Below are positions 1 to 51,232 of a stretch of DNA of 64,000 nt, in pieces. This DNA is from Paraspadella gotoi (Eukaryota > Animalia > Chaetognatha), in assembly GCA_051294375.1 (NCBI GenBank), contig CM119263.1, positions 8,746,908-8,810,907 on the forward strand, written 5' to 3'. The stretch's first letter is position 1. Every line of letters begins with the position of its first letter. A program made the translations under genes and the position numbers. The notes below the pieces were generated by a model that was given only the letters and a program-made list of their open reading frames with translations, did not search any database and was not told where the DNA came from.

Positions 1-8
1 CTTATTTA

Positions 9-1532
9 ATGGTTCTACTTACTTCAGTGCTATACTGTTGGGACATTATGTCAGATATTCTTCAGGCTTTATCATATAGTAAATCTTACCATTTCTGGTG
101 TGCTTATCTGACTTTAGGCTTTGTCTGCCTCCCAGCGATATTAATTGCTTTATTGACACTGTTTTTAGTATGGAAATCAGACGAATATCCTTCAACGATT
201 TGGAAAGTAGTTGGAACAATCAGTGCACTTTTAATGTTGGGACCATTATTTGTACAGTTTTCATTGGTTCTGAAGAGGAAAAAAGAAATGGCGAATTTTG
301 AAAAGAAAAATAACGAAGAAAAAGCAGAAAGTGGCGATACAGAGGAAGATTGCAAAACAGTGACGATGTTTTCAAATAAAATTTCAGAAGATTTGGTTGA
401 AATAACTCAGCTTGAAGAGTTGCAAACGACTGAATCAAAAGGCATCGGTTGCAATTTAAAAGCGGCTCATTATGTCAGAGAAACTGTCATGAATAACTAT
501 CCTTTATTCTCAAAAAATTGGTATTGTGATCCAGAAAAACTTCTCCCCATACTTTTATTCATTGAGGTACATTATGAATCAATGCCACAAACAATTTTTC
601 AAATTTACGTATTACTGATAACCAACGTAGTGACTGGTCAGCAAATAGTTACAGTTGCTACTAGTATCTTATCAGGATTTCTCAGTAATGTATCCTACAA
701 ACTCTTATTTCATAAACATTTTTTAAACTTTCTTTTCTGTGGATTACCAAAACAGTCCCATTTATTTAGAATAATATTGGGATTTGTAGCATTTGGAGTG
801 TCATTAAACATATCTTTTCTCTTGTTGGTTACTGGCTACATGGTTGCTGCCAGACTCTACATTAATCGACCTCTAATAATCTTTCCTCTTGGTATGGCAT
901 TTTATACTATGCTTCTTACCATTACATCGATGAGGTATTACATTGGATCATTATTTTCAAAAACGGATGAGTATGTCTTCAAATCGGTTGTTATTTTTGC
1001 TCCAACGATTATCATTAATGCTCTTTTTACCGCAATACCGATTTTTATTGGTGGATCAGCTGTATCATCAACTATAATTATCAATAACGACCATATTTTT
1101 AATGGTAAATTGGAAAAAAATTAATATTCTTCTTTATAAATTAATCAAGTATGACCCTTAGAGTTTTTCAGTTAAAAAAAATAGGTTTACCTAATTTTTT
1201 GCGATGAAACAGGTACAACTTATGTGGAACATTTACAGAATTCATGGACTGGCTATGAAAATTTCATTCTCAACACTCACTGCAACAAATCATTGCTGTC
1301 TCGTGACGGCGCATTTTATGACAATTATTTGCTATGGTTTTCAATGGGAAAAAATTGGACAGCCAATTTTGTTGAATTTTGGGAGGTTGGTCTCTTTTGC
1401 ATAAACAATGCTTGGTCCTCCATTTATAGCGCTTTTAATTTTAATATAATCATTTTCATCTTTGAAACCATACTCATTATTCTCTTTATGATCCTTCATG
1501 ACTTGCAAAAACTTAAGAGAAATTGGAAGTAA
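9..1532 (+). CDS. XK-related multi-pass membrane protein (Xkr phospholipid scramblase family), paralogue 1. Exons 9(or further 5')..1104 and 1213..1532; may be 5'-truncated by the window edge
   Basis: Several hydrophobic helices, N-terminal YxxDxxSD-type motif (YCWDIMSDI) and the XK-family ESxPQxxxQxY motif (ESMPQTIFQIY). A GT..AG intron at 1105-1212 (phase 1) joins ORF 9..1124 in frame to ORF 1224..1532. AATAAA at 1547-1552. Confidence 0.8.
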
Positions 1533-2121
1533 AGAAGTAAGCAATTAATAAAACAATAATAATAAAATTACTCGATTTTAATTTCCCTAATGATAATCTA
1601 TAAATTTCTGTCTCGGTCTTTATTTTTAGCCACGGCTACAGCCTTGATTCTTTATTATTTTACTTTTATACTACACTATACTATACTATAATATACTTTG
1701 GTTTGTCTGTTTGTAATATAAAAAAATAAAAAAAAATAAAAAAAGATACCCACTTCAATATTATACGTTTTTACAGATCCAATAAGAAAAAGAACGAGGA
1801 GGATGATAAAGAGGCGAAATTCGAAAGGGCTTTTGAAAAGTAAAGAAAGATAAGTTCTTTGATAAAGGATTAAACTAATGCCGTGATTACTTAGTAGACT
1901 GGATCTTGTATGTGTATGAATAGAGATTTTATATTCTTTTTGCTTAAATTTGAATCATTATTTTTTAATGTTTAAAGAAAAAATTTGTTTTAAGCACATT
2001 CGATATGATCAGAACTAAAAGCAAAAAAAAAATACCCCAAAAAATACCCCAAAAAATACCCAAAAAAATAAAAATATGGATACCCAAGCTTTTGCGTCTA
2101 TTTCAAAGAAGAGTCACTCTC

Positions 2122-2445
2122 ATGGAAAGTAAGCATTATAATTTTAATTTGTAACCGAAGAAATGTATTTCTTACAAAACCATTGAGAAATATTTTTGAT
2201 ACTCCGCTTTCGACATCGACATATTTTGCTCTCTTGCATCACCTCAGGATTTTATATCGCAGATGTGGTCACAGTCTTTCTTCAGGTGATATTAAATTTA
2301 AAATTTTTAGCCCATATTTTAATTTTGCGTATATATAATCAGATAAAAATTTTTTATTGGTGTTAAGTGGGAGAGTTTAAGCTTAAAAGGTGCATTTAAG
2401 GCATCGATATATTACTAAATGTTAATAATATATTATTATTATTAA

Positions 2446-2518
<73 letters not shown>

Positions 2519-3795
2519 TGTACAATCCCCTTCAGGCGGCAACCTATTTCCCCGACGGCGACATCTGGTGGGCGCGACTCACTTTCACATTCGCGATTCT
2601 CCCCGCCATCGTCATCGCCGCCATCTCCTTGACCGTGACGCTAAAAGCCCCGGGATTGGCGCAAAGAAGGCGCCGGTACGGAGTGGCGGCGTCGTTGTCG
2701 TTGTTGGGTCCCGTGTTCCTCAAGATGGCCGCAGCGACGAGGAGAGACGAGAGTGCGGAGAAAGAAGACGCGGAAAAAAACTCGATCGCCGCCAACGAGT
2801 CGACGAAACTTAAAACCTCCAAGACAAAGTCCATTTTCCTTTGCCTTCAAATCGATTCGCTCCGCAACTGGCCTTTCGATCCCTATCGCGCGACCAAGCT
2901 GCTTTCTCTTTTGGAAGCTTGTCTGGAAAGCATGCCGCAGTCGCTCTTGCAGGTTTACATCATGATGAAGAGCAACGTGATCACCGGTCAGCAGGTGGTC
3001 ACTTTAACGGTCTCACTCTGGTCGGGACTCTTGACCAACATCGAATTCACCGTGTTTTTTTACAAAAATATTTGCGATTTCCTTTTTCCCGCCAAATTTC
3101 GTGGGCTCCCTTTTAAGGTATTGTGGACGCAACATCGTCCACAGTATTTTATTTACTTTTGGCAGTTCTTGGGGGAGCTTCCATGTTTACGCTGATGAGT
3201 ATTCATTTCATCTGCGTCTTTTGTTTACCGTTTATCGATCGGATAGAATACGTGTTGTTGATTATTCTCTTCGTCTACTTTCTTCAATTGGCATTGCCAG
3301 CCTTCAAGTATTACCTTGGAAGTTTGTTTAGAGCTAAAAAAGAATTCACTTTGAAAATTTCTTTTTACATTTTGCCATTTTTACTCATTTTATCTTCTAG
3401 CTTTCTCGTCCCGGCAAGTTTCGTAAACAAAGAATTTTATTCTTTTTCCGCAAGAGTGTTTAATAGTGATTTCGATTTTAATCTTTATAAAGGAACTTTA
3501 AATCATACCCAACTGTCAAGAAACGGGTCCCTTTTGCATGACGCGTCATATTGGATTTCTCGGGGAAATTTCTTAGAAAACGTCGCAGAATATTGGTCCT
3601 CGAATATAGCGTTTATGTCGGAAATATATCCTCTTGGGTTTTTTCACTTTCACTTGAACCTTTATTTTTTTATATCCGAATGTATAATAGTTGCATTAGT
3701 CATGACCTTTCACGATATTTTATTCTACTTCCGAAATAAAAAAAAGAGTGAATCTCTCGCGGCGGAATTTTTTTTTTACAGAAGCTTCTACGTAA
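2122..3795 (+). CDS. XK-related protein, tandem paralogue 2. Proposed exons 2122-2128, 2188-2285, 2536-3117, ~3145-3747, 3782-3795 (ends at 3899 if the last intron is not used); one frame break near 3118-3145
   Basis: FYIADVVTVFLQ|AATY aligns with LYCWDIMSDILQALSY of paralogue 1. ESMPQSLLQVYIMMKSNVITGQQVVT is close to ESMPQTIFQIYVLLITNVVTGQQIVT. YYLGSLF/YYIGSLF and SRNG..NF.EYW/SRDG..NFVEFW are shared. The intron at 2286-2535 is canonical and phase 0. The first and last small exons are inferred. Confidence 0.75.
2446..2517. repeat. (TTA)n microsatellite in the XK paralogue 2 intron
   Basis: Perfect trinucleotide run. Confidence 0.95.
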
Positions 3796-4007
3796 ATTAC
3801 TACCCACTTTTTTCATTGCCCATGGTAGGAGATAAAATATGTCAAATTGTGGCAACACGTTCACTCTCGCGACCCGTCAAAGAATCCCTGGTGGCGTAAG
3901 AGCGAGTATTCTCTACCGACCAAGGGCCTTGGGTTCGCGCCGCATTAGTGTCAATGCTTGTAAGCGGGACGGGACGTCAAATCCAATATACATAGTGGCG
4001 GACGATA

Positions 4008-6601
4008 TTAAGATCTCAAGATCAGAAGCTGGAAAATAACAGGCGGTAATTGATCCAGTCTGTGTTGCGCTTGATATGGATTTGTTTTGCCAACAACTCT
4101 TTCTTAACCAGAACTCACCTCAAACTCTTCCAGGGACACCGAATCTCGAAAGCGATCGTCGACATGCGAAGAAGCAGCCACGAAAATCCGCGGATGACGT
4201 CGTCCTCCGCCTCCACGAGATCTAGGATTGACGCCGAGGTGACGCCGCTTTCCGTCGAGAACTCTTTGCGGTCGAATTTTCCATCGTGCTTGGCGCCGCC
4301 TTCGTCCGGCCAGGTCCCCGTCTCGCCGCTTTCGATGGCGCCACCATTGACTCCGCGACGCGTCACGTCGAAGCGGCAACAAAAGACGCAGAACATTTCT
4401 TGATTCTTTTCGTTGTCGTCGTCTTTGCAGTTTTTGTCATCGTCGTCGCCTTCGTCCTCTTCAACGTCGTCATTTCCATATTTGGCGCCAGAGTTTTTTT
4501 CTCTTTCCTCCGCTTTTAAGCCGATTTCCTTTTCTCCTTTTTCCTCCCTCTTTCCTCGATCGTCCGTCTGTCCCTTTATTCCTCCGCTTTCCTTTCCTCC
4601 CTCTGTTCTTCTTCTTCCTCCCCCACTTCCTTCTTCTCCTCCCCCACTCCCTAATTCGATTCCTCCTGGGAAAAGACGCTTATTGCTTCTCTCGCCGGGA
4701 ATATTTTCCGCCTTTTGGCGCCGACATCGGTTTTCCCTTTTTTCCTTCGCCATTCTCACGTCACCGGACGTCAATGGCGCGTCACGTGGCGCAGATATCG
4801 CGTCAACGGGCGCCAAACTCTCGTCATCGAGGGTCGATCTTGCGTCACCGGTCGTCAATCTGTCGTCGCTTCCCGTCAATGTTTTAGCGGGCGCCGATAT
4901 TGATTGACGACTAGACGATTTAATGTCGAGTCCAGATGACTTGACGTTATCGTCTTCGCGCATGGCGTTTCCGTCTTCGTATATTGATTTAAAGTTATCC
5001 TCTGTCACGTCGATGTCATTGACGTCATTGGGAGATCCTCTGAAGTCATTGTGCTCTTCTGTGAAGTCATTGCGCTCTCCTTTGAAGTCATTGCGCTCTC
5101 CTTTTAAGTTATCGCACGCCAATGCGAGTTCTCCCTTCACTCGGCGCGGAAAAAAGTTGGAAAAACGTTTCTTGGTTTTTTCCGACTTCAGAAGCGAAAG
5201 CAGCGTCGATAAGTACAACTCTGCTGCGTCGGCTGCTTCGGCTACGTCGGAAATTTTATCGATGACATCGGGATTGTAAAAAGTAGCAAAAGGATCGGTA
5301 TTTGCATTCATATCTTTGAGAATTACATCGTTAATGACAGAACCGTTGGAATTTGCATTATGGTTAAATCCTTGAGAGTTGCCATCGCCTCTGGCTTCGG
5401 TTCTATCAACTTTGGCCGAGTCGGAGAGTTCGCCTCCTCTCCGCTGGAGGCGCTGACCGTCGCTGAGGCTCAACAAAAGGCCAGCGGCCGCAATCGAGTC
5501 GGGAATGACCAAGTCGACGGGAAATGGAGCTAATGAGATCAGAGGCGAAGTATTGGAGATCGATGAATGAGATGGAGACGACGGAAAGATTTGATTTGTC
5601 TGATATTGCTCGCCAGTGCTTGTCACGTCTTTTACGTTGTCAGCGAAGACGTTTTTCGGTGAAACAGTTTTTGATCCTTTTTCTTTTTCTTTCTCGTCTA
5701 TTTCTATTTCTTTTTCTTCTTTTTCTTTTCCTTTTCCGACTTTCTCTCCATCTTCTTCTTCTCCACTTTTTGGCTGCGACTTCGTGAGATCCGCTTCGGG
5801 ATTCGCTTCGAGATTCACTCTCGCCTCGGGGGAATTCTTAGAAATCCCCGCGCGAGATTTCGTTTTCGAGTCTCGAGGAGGAGAAGTCCTCTCCGGCGAA
5901 TTCGATGAGAAACGATCCCGGGACTGGAGCGAGACGGGGGAGAGGGTTGGATTTGATGGAGCGGGAGAGGGATATAAGGGGGGGGGTTAGTTGGAGCGAG
6001 ACGTAGGGAGAGGGTTGAATTTGATGGAGCGGGAATACGGGGTTGAAGCCGAAATGGGAGGGGAAGCGATTGGATTATAATTTTTTAGGAAAGATGTAAT
6101 TAATTAATTATATAGTTAGTTATATAGTTATATAATTAGGCCAACGCCCGCTGGATTTTTTTACTAAATGAAAAAAGTAAAAAAAAGAATCTGGCGTCAG
6201 TTTTTGGAAGAGGTCACATTGAGAATTATCAAGAGACTTGGATCCGACTTAATTTTTTAAAAATTTATTTAATGATTCCACAATGTAAATTCTACCAAAA
6301 ATCGACCCTCCAAGACAAGTAAGTATGGTGGCCCTAAAAAAACTTGTTTTTGAAAATTCACAAACGTTCGTCGAACCTCGTTTGTCTTTTGTTCGATCGT
6401 CGACGTCACCACGACAGCGAGAAGGCGCCTCGCTTCCAACGGCGCCATCTTCACGGCGTCAAAGTATCGGCGCGTTGCCAAGTAAACGTCGCCGGCAGAA
6501 TAAGCGGCGTCACCGGCGGCGATGGCGGAAGAGTATGACGTCCTTGGCGGCGTCGTTGAGAGAGTCGCCGGCGTCGTCGTCGTCTTTTTTCTCATCGGCA
6601 T
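4008..6601 (-). CDS. Uncharacterised protein: N-terminal TPR-like motif, long low-complexity charged region, possible EF-hand-like C-terminus. Exons ~6601-6377, 5923-4119, 4028-4008
   Basis: AAGDAAYSAGDVYLATRRYFDAVKMAP matches TPR consensus positions G8/G15/A20/Y24/A27/P32. Phase-0 splice GAG|gt (6377) to ctccag|TCC (5923) is in frame with the 567-aa ORF. Strong GTGAGT donor at 4118 and ttttccag acceptor at 4029. Start codon and C-terminal frame are uncertain. Confidence 0.6.
5040..5107 (-). repeat. Coding 21-bp repeat x~3 (NDFKGER-type heptad) in the TPR-protein exon
   Basis: tgaagtcattgcgctctcctt units; protein LKGERNDFKGERNDFTEEHNDFRG. Confidence 0.8.
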
Positions 6602-8691
6602 CGCGATTTGGATCAATTTGTATCGAATCGTAATAAAAATAGATGTTGAACGCGATTCTGTTTCGATGCAATCGTTTATTTGGATTAAATTGTTGTCACT
6701 GAGCATAAAACATACAACAGGTGGCGTCGTTGTTACGACGAGTTTAACTTTTCCCCGCGGAGTTTCGATCCTAACGACTTTAAAACTCGGCCACGGTGGT
6801 GAAAGCGTTCAGGGTACGCGCGTGAGGGCGAAATCGAGAAATAACGTTCGTTCGTTAGGATCAAATTAATTTAAAAAAAAATTAATTGATAATTATTAAG
6901 ATTAAGATTTAAACTGTTTTTTCTTTTTTTTTTTTTGGTTCAATTTGTGCGAAATTCCAAGGTTTAGCAAAATTCTCCCTGGATAATTCTTTTTAAATTT
7001 TTTTTCTTTTTAGCGTTGAACCATGATCGTAATTTTTCACATTAAAGTTAAAACAGTCCATTCATTATTTTACCTCAAGAGAGGAAGGTACTGCGGGGAA
7101 GTTAAAGGGTTTTAAAGCTTTTCTGTGAAAAAGGGGATCGACTCGGATCTAGGGGGGGGGATGGAGTTAATGGAGAGTGGGGCGTTGTGGGAAATAGGGA
7201 ATGAGTGATCAAAACGAACGGGGGATCGGGGATCTTTCACTGCGAAAGTTGAAAAAACTCGGACGAAAAAAACGAAAATCGGTCCCTGGTCGGTGATTCT
7301 CACGAGAAGCGAGGGGGGGAGAAAGAGGGAGGGAGGGAAAGTGGGGAAGAGGAGGGATGAAGAGATGGAGGGAAACTGGAAAGGAGGAGGGATGAAGAGA
7401 TGGAGGGAAACTGGGGAGGAAGTGGATGAAGAGATGGAGGGAAAGTGGGGAGGAAGTGGACGAAGAGATGGAGACTGGAGTTTAAAAAGATCTAGAGATG
7501 GGGAGGACTCAGGATGGAGAGAAGGGAGGAGAACGTGGCCAGCAGGTGATTAGGGTAATAGCAAGGGTCCGCAACGATGACGAAGATGATAATATTTCTG
7601 AAGATTATAACGACGACGACGATGATGATGATGATAATGATGGTTACTAAAGTTAGAGTGTTACTTTAGACGCTGGTTTAAAAACCATAAACGAACTATA
7701 TATCTAAAATTACAAAGCGATTGTTACTTTACGATTCGAATTAACTGCCTCATATCGAAAATAACCGACGCTAAAGAAGTAAACATTTTTTTTTTTATAT
7801 TTTCTCGTAAATTAAGATTTTTTTTTAATTTTTGAAACAGCTCGCGGTCGATCGAGAGAGAAAAACATCTCTTCTCTTCGATCGGATAAAACGAGTAATT
7901 TAGTATTAATGGCGATAATAACTAATGCGTTAATCGTTAATTCGAGGATTATAACAGGTAAAAAATAAACCCGAAAATCAAAAAGAAAAAAAAAAGAGGA
8001 ACGCTAATTTATTTAAAAAAACAGAAAAAAAAATGAAACAAGAACGTGACGCGTTCGTTAACAAGTTATATTTTGTATCGTAGCTAAACCGGATTAAAAA
8101 CTACATTTCATTTTTCTACTTGAGTTGATAAGAGTTTTTTTTTTTAAATTTCGTCGCCACGACGAATTTCGTCTTTGGTTTTTTTTTTTGTGAAAAAGGC
8201 AGAACACGACAGAGACAGAGACGAGCGCTAAAAAAACCACTAAAATTTACTTTGTTTGTTTACGTTTCTAATTTTTTTTTTAAGAAGCGAGTGTTGATAA
8301 TTAGCGAAACTCATGCCTAGCGTTTTGTCGCGCGTGTGAGTATTCCGGTTTCTCATAAAAACTCGTTAGAAGAAGTGGAATTTATTTTGTTAATATCATC
8401 GCCCCTGCCGAAGGAAAATTAAGGGAGAAGAGGGGACAGCGGAGTCAATTATTTTTTTTTAACGACGAAAACGAGGTATCACAGATAACAACAACAACAT
8501 CTCGAACAAACTGGCTAAGAATTGGATAAAGAATTTTTATCGATTTTTTTTAAAATCTTTTTTTGATTTTTCACTTCTTTCGGTTGTGTGAGTTTGTTAA
8601 GTATAAAGGACAGAGGAGGTTTAAGGGTGAAGAAGAAAAAATAGTTTGAAAGGAAAAAGAAAAAGAATAAAATAAAGAAAGAAGGATAAAA

Positions 8692-8694
<3 letters not shown>

Positions 8695-8783
<89 letters not shown>
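8695..8783. repeat. (AAAG)n microsatellite; others at ~59320-59408, 61370-61450 and 61580-61660
   Basis: Perfect tetranucleotide run. Confidence 0.95.
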
Positions 8784-9126
8784 ACGGAAGGAAAGGAGAA
8801 AAGAATTATTAGAAAGTAAACTTAAGATAGTATTACAGAGTGTAAAAGGTAGAATTAGAAGAACTCGGGACGGGTCATATTGGCAGGAGCCATGGCATGG
8901 AAACAGGGGAACCGCATGGCGAACAGCGAAAGAAGGAGTTCAGGGAGATGGCGGGACATTGAGTCGGAAAAGACAAAAGGGCAAGGGCAACATAGCATGG
9001 TAGCGAGGGGAAGGCGCTTGGGCAAGACGGCTGGTCCAATCTCGGGCAAGGAGACATGGGGACGGCAAAGGGGCAGCATGGCAAGGTGGCCGAACGAGGA
9101 ATTGGGATTTCCCCCCCGAGAAGACG

Positions 9127-47918
<38,792 letters not shown>

Positions 47919-48373
47919 TCGCCGGCGTCGTCGTCGTCGTCGACACGGTTCTTTCCGAATGAATATCGTTCTCCCCATATTTTCACGTCTATTATTTACC
48001 GTCTTTCACATTGTATCTGAATGATCTAGAGCGGTGAGTCGTTCGGTTATTCATCGTCCTTTTTCTTTCACTTGGTCGAATTATTTTTTATTTAATATTT
48101 TCCGCATCAACCGCAGGAATTGTCGAACTAAATATAGTTTAGTTTTTTTCAATATTTAAAAGAAAGCGGTGTAATTTCTTTCAAAGATTCCATCTCCATA
48201 AAAATAAAAAAAATCGTCAAAATGTCGACTTTTTTCTCGGATTTAGAGTCGATTTCAAATCCGCGCATTCGCGATAAAAAGTCTTTTGTTTAAATTTTTT
48301 TTCTCCATTTCAAAGAAAGAAAAAGTCGCTTTGACGATTTAGACGCGACGGGTGCCTGTTCTGCCAGTTCTGG

Positions 48374-48410
<37 letters not shown>

Positions 48411-48962
48411 TGGCGGCGGCGGCGTTTTTTTCCCGCGCTAGAAACTTCCGAAACCCTCGTGGGACATCGGCTCGACGAATTTCTTTCTCGTTGTCGTCGT
48501 CGTCGTCGTTTTCGTCATCGCCGTCGTCGTCGTCGTCTTTGTGGCGCCGCCTCCGATGAGATCAATGAATCCCCAAGCGATCAATGGCTGTCGAAGCAAT
48601 CAACAGCGATCGATGCAATAATCACTGCAATAAATAGATACGGAGATCGAATCTAGACCATCTGCAGTAAAATAAAGATGGTTAAATTTAATCGAATCTT
48701 TTAGAGAAAAGGCATATGAAAAACCCAAGGCCGCCAAAATAATTTTGCTGACTTTTTGTAATTTCAGTTCTAATTGACTAAAAATTTTGTTTGTTTGTAA
48801 AATTGGCGGAAGCAACCAATCTGTCAATGAGAAATGCTACAGGTACAATAAACCATTTTTGACTTGCTAGTCAATAAATTGACGCCATACCATGCCATGC
48901 CAGTTAAAGGACAAATGCTCAGCTGAAGTCTAAACGATTAACGCCGCCTCTCAGATCGCCGA

Positions 48963-49062
<100 letters not shown>

Positions 49063-49264
49063 ATATAAATCTTCCGTTTCCTTTTCGCCGTAAATAGTTA
49101 GCGACTGTGACTCTATCTTTGTTTTTTTTTTTTTTTCTATTTTTTAACTCTTTATTGCTGACGATCTGACTCTCTCTCTCGCTCGCTTCGAACCTTTCTC
49201 GCTCGCACAGTGTTTGGATGGAGTCGTTTTTTTTTACCGCTTTTTTCCGTGCAAAAGTTTCTTT

Positions 49265-49342
<78 letters not shown>

Positions 49343-49427
49343 TTAAAGGTTAGATTTCTCCTTGTTGATGTGTTTCTGTTTAAGTGCTCTTGTCTTATTT
49401 CACGAGTCACGTGACTTGTTGTTTGCT

Positions 49428-49508
<81 letters not shown>

Positions 49509-51056
49509 ACTAGGGCAGACAGAACATATAAATCGAGGATTAATTTCTGCGATGTCGTCTTCCTCAAAAAATAGGTCTGTTTTCTCTCCCTTTTTTTTTC
49601 AGCGACAAAAAAAAGGGAAAAAAATTAATACAATTCTTTTTCCTTCATAAACTTAAAATTAATAACAACCAGATTTAAACTAGTAACAAATAAAGATTTC
49701 CTTTAGTCAAAGTACTCCATACCATATTCTTTAATCAGTGAATTTATATTTTAAAAGTTACTTACTTTTCACCGAAAAATCGTCACTGACGAAAACAAAG
49801 TCACATTATTTTTTAGGAGTTTTTTTTTTTAAACGGAGAAAAAAATGTTTTATTGTTGTCAACAATATCTTTCAATTTTTTTTTTCGAATTTTTAATTAT
49901 TTTTTGGTTGAGTTTTTTCCTCCGCTGACTTTCCTCTTAACTACATCTTGGAGAAAGGCGAAGGAAACGATGACGAGAGACTGAAGAGCGTTGATTGGGA
50001 GAGGGAGGAGGAGGAGGAGGAGGAGGAGGAGGAGGAGGAAGAGGAGGAGACGTCAATGGAGTCGGAGGAGAAGAAGACGAGGAGGAGGAGAAGGTGTTTG
50101 AGGAGGCGGAGGAAAAAAAAGTAGATGGAGGAACGAGTAAAAAAAGGAAAAGAGGAATAAGGAGGAAAGAGTTAGAAGAAAAATCGAAGAAGGTAAGGAT
50201 GAGGTAAGAAAGAAAATAAGAAAGAAAGAAAGTAAGGAAGAAAAAAAGAAGTTAAGAGGTAAAAGATAGAAAACATAAACACCTAAATATCTATAAAAAC
50301 ATAAGAGATATACACAAAACAGAAAAAAAATGGGAACATAAAAAAGTAAGGAATGGAAAGAGAAAAAAGAGAGAACCAAGAAACAGAAGGACGAAAAGGA
50401 GTTTAAGGCAAACATCTAAAAAAAGAGGAGAAGAACGAAAAAAAAGTGGCGGCATTAGTTGTCTCAAGAACAAATAGCTTCTGGTTACTGACAGTTTTTC
50501 CTGGTCTTTCCCTGACTGTTTTGGTTAATCCTGATCTTTCTTCGACATTCCCAGATTCTGAAAATATCCCCGGGTCTTCTCCGATCTCTCTCCAGCACTT
50601 GACCGGTCCTTTATTTCGTTAATTTTATTTTGGAATTTTTTTAAATATATATTTACTTCTTTGTGGTTATTTCTAGCCAAATCGACTGATAGAAAGAAAA
50701 ATTATACGTAAACTATGCGCCAATAAGAAAAATTTATAACACCAATTGAAAGAAAAATTATTTGATGTTTTTAAAAATTTCAACACATTGCTTAAAAACG
50801 CTTAAAAACATTCTCCAAATGCTATCAAAACCAGTAAAAAAAACTCGGTATCGCTATGAAAAATAATTCTTCATGGAGCAAAAAAAATTGTCCAAAAGAA
50901 TCTCTAATTTTTTACCTTTACAAAAGTTGAATGCTTATTACATCTTTGGGTTCAGCTTGCAAACCTTTCTAGTTCTAAATCACCAAAAGAAAAAATAAGA
51001 TTTTAAAGGCTGAAACCTCAGGATAGCTTAGGAATATCCCCTCTTCTCAAACTTAT

Positions 51057-51197
51057 TTTTCGCTTATAAGCAGATCCCGACTCTATTATTCACTTTGTCG
51101 GTCCGTCGGTCCGCCCCCTCAATCTTGTCAGGCATTCACTTATATCATATCAGAACATCGAATTATGATAAATTATGAAAAAAAATGATATCCATCC

Positions 51198-51232
<35 letters not shown>

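Noticed and set aside
2445-2813. ORF with a poly-Leu 'signal peptide'
   Set aside because: Translation of an intronic (TTA)n microsatellite running into an off-frame reading of the XK2 exon.
3108-3143. Programmed -1 ribosomal frameshift in XK2 (in-frame C_CCU_UUU heptamer followed by a stem-loop; the downstream ORF is in the -1 frame)
   Set aside because: The -1 frame hits TAA (3114-3116) immediately after the slippery site, so slippage there would terminate translation.
4413-5990. Plus-strand Ser/Phe-rich ORFs overlapping the 567-aa ORF
   Set aside because: Antisense shadows of a purine-rich coding strand.
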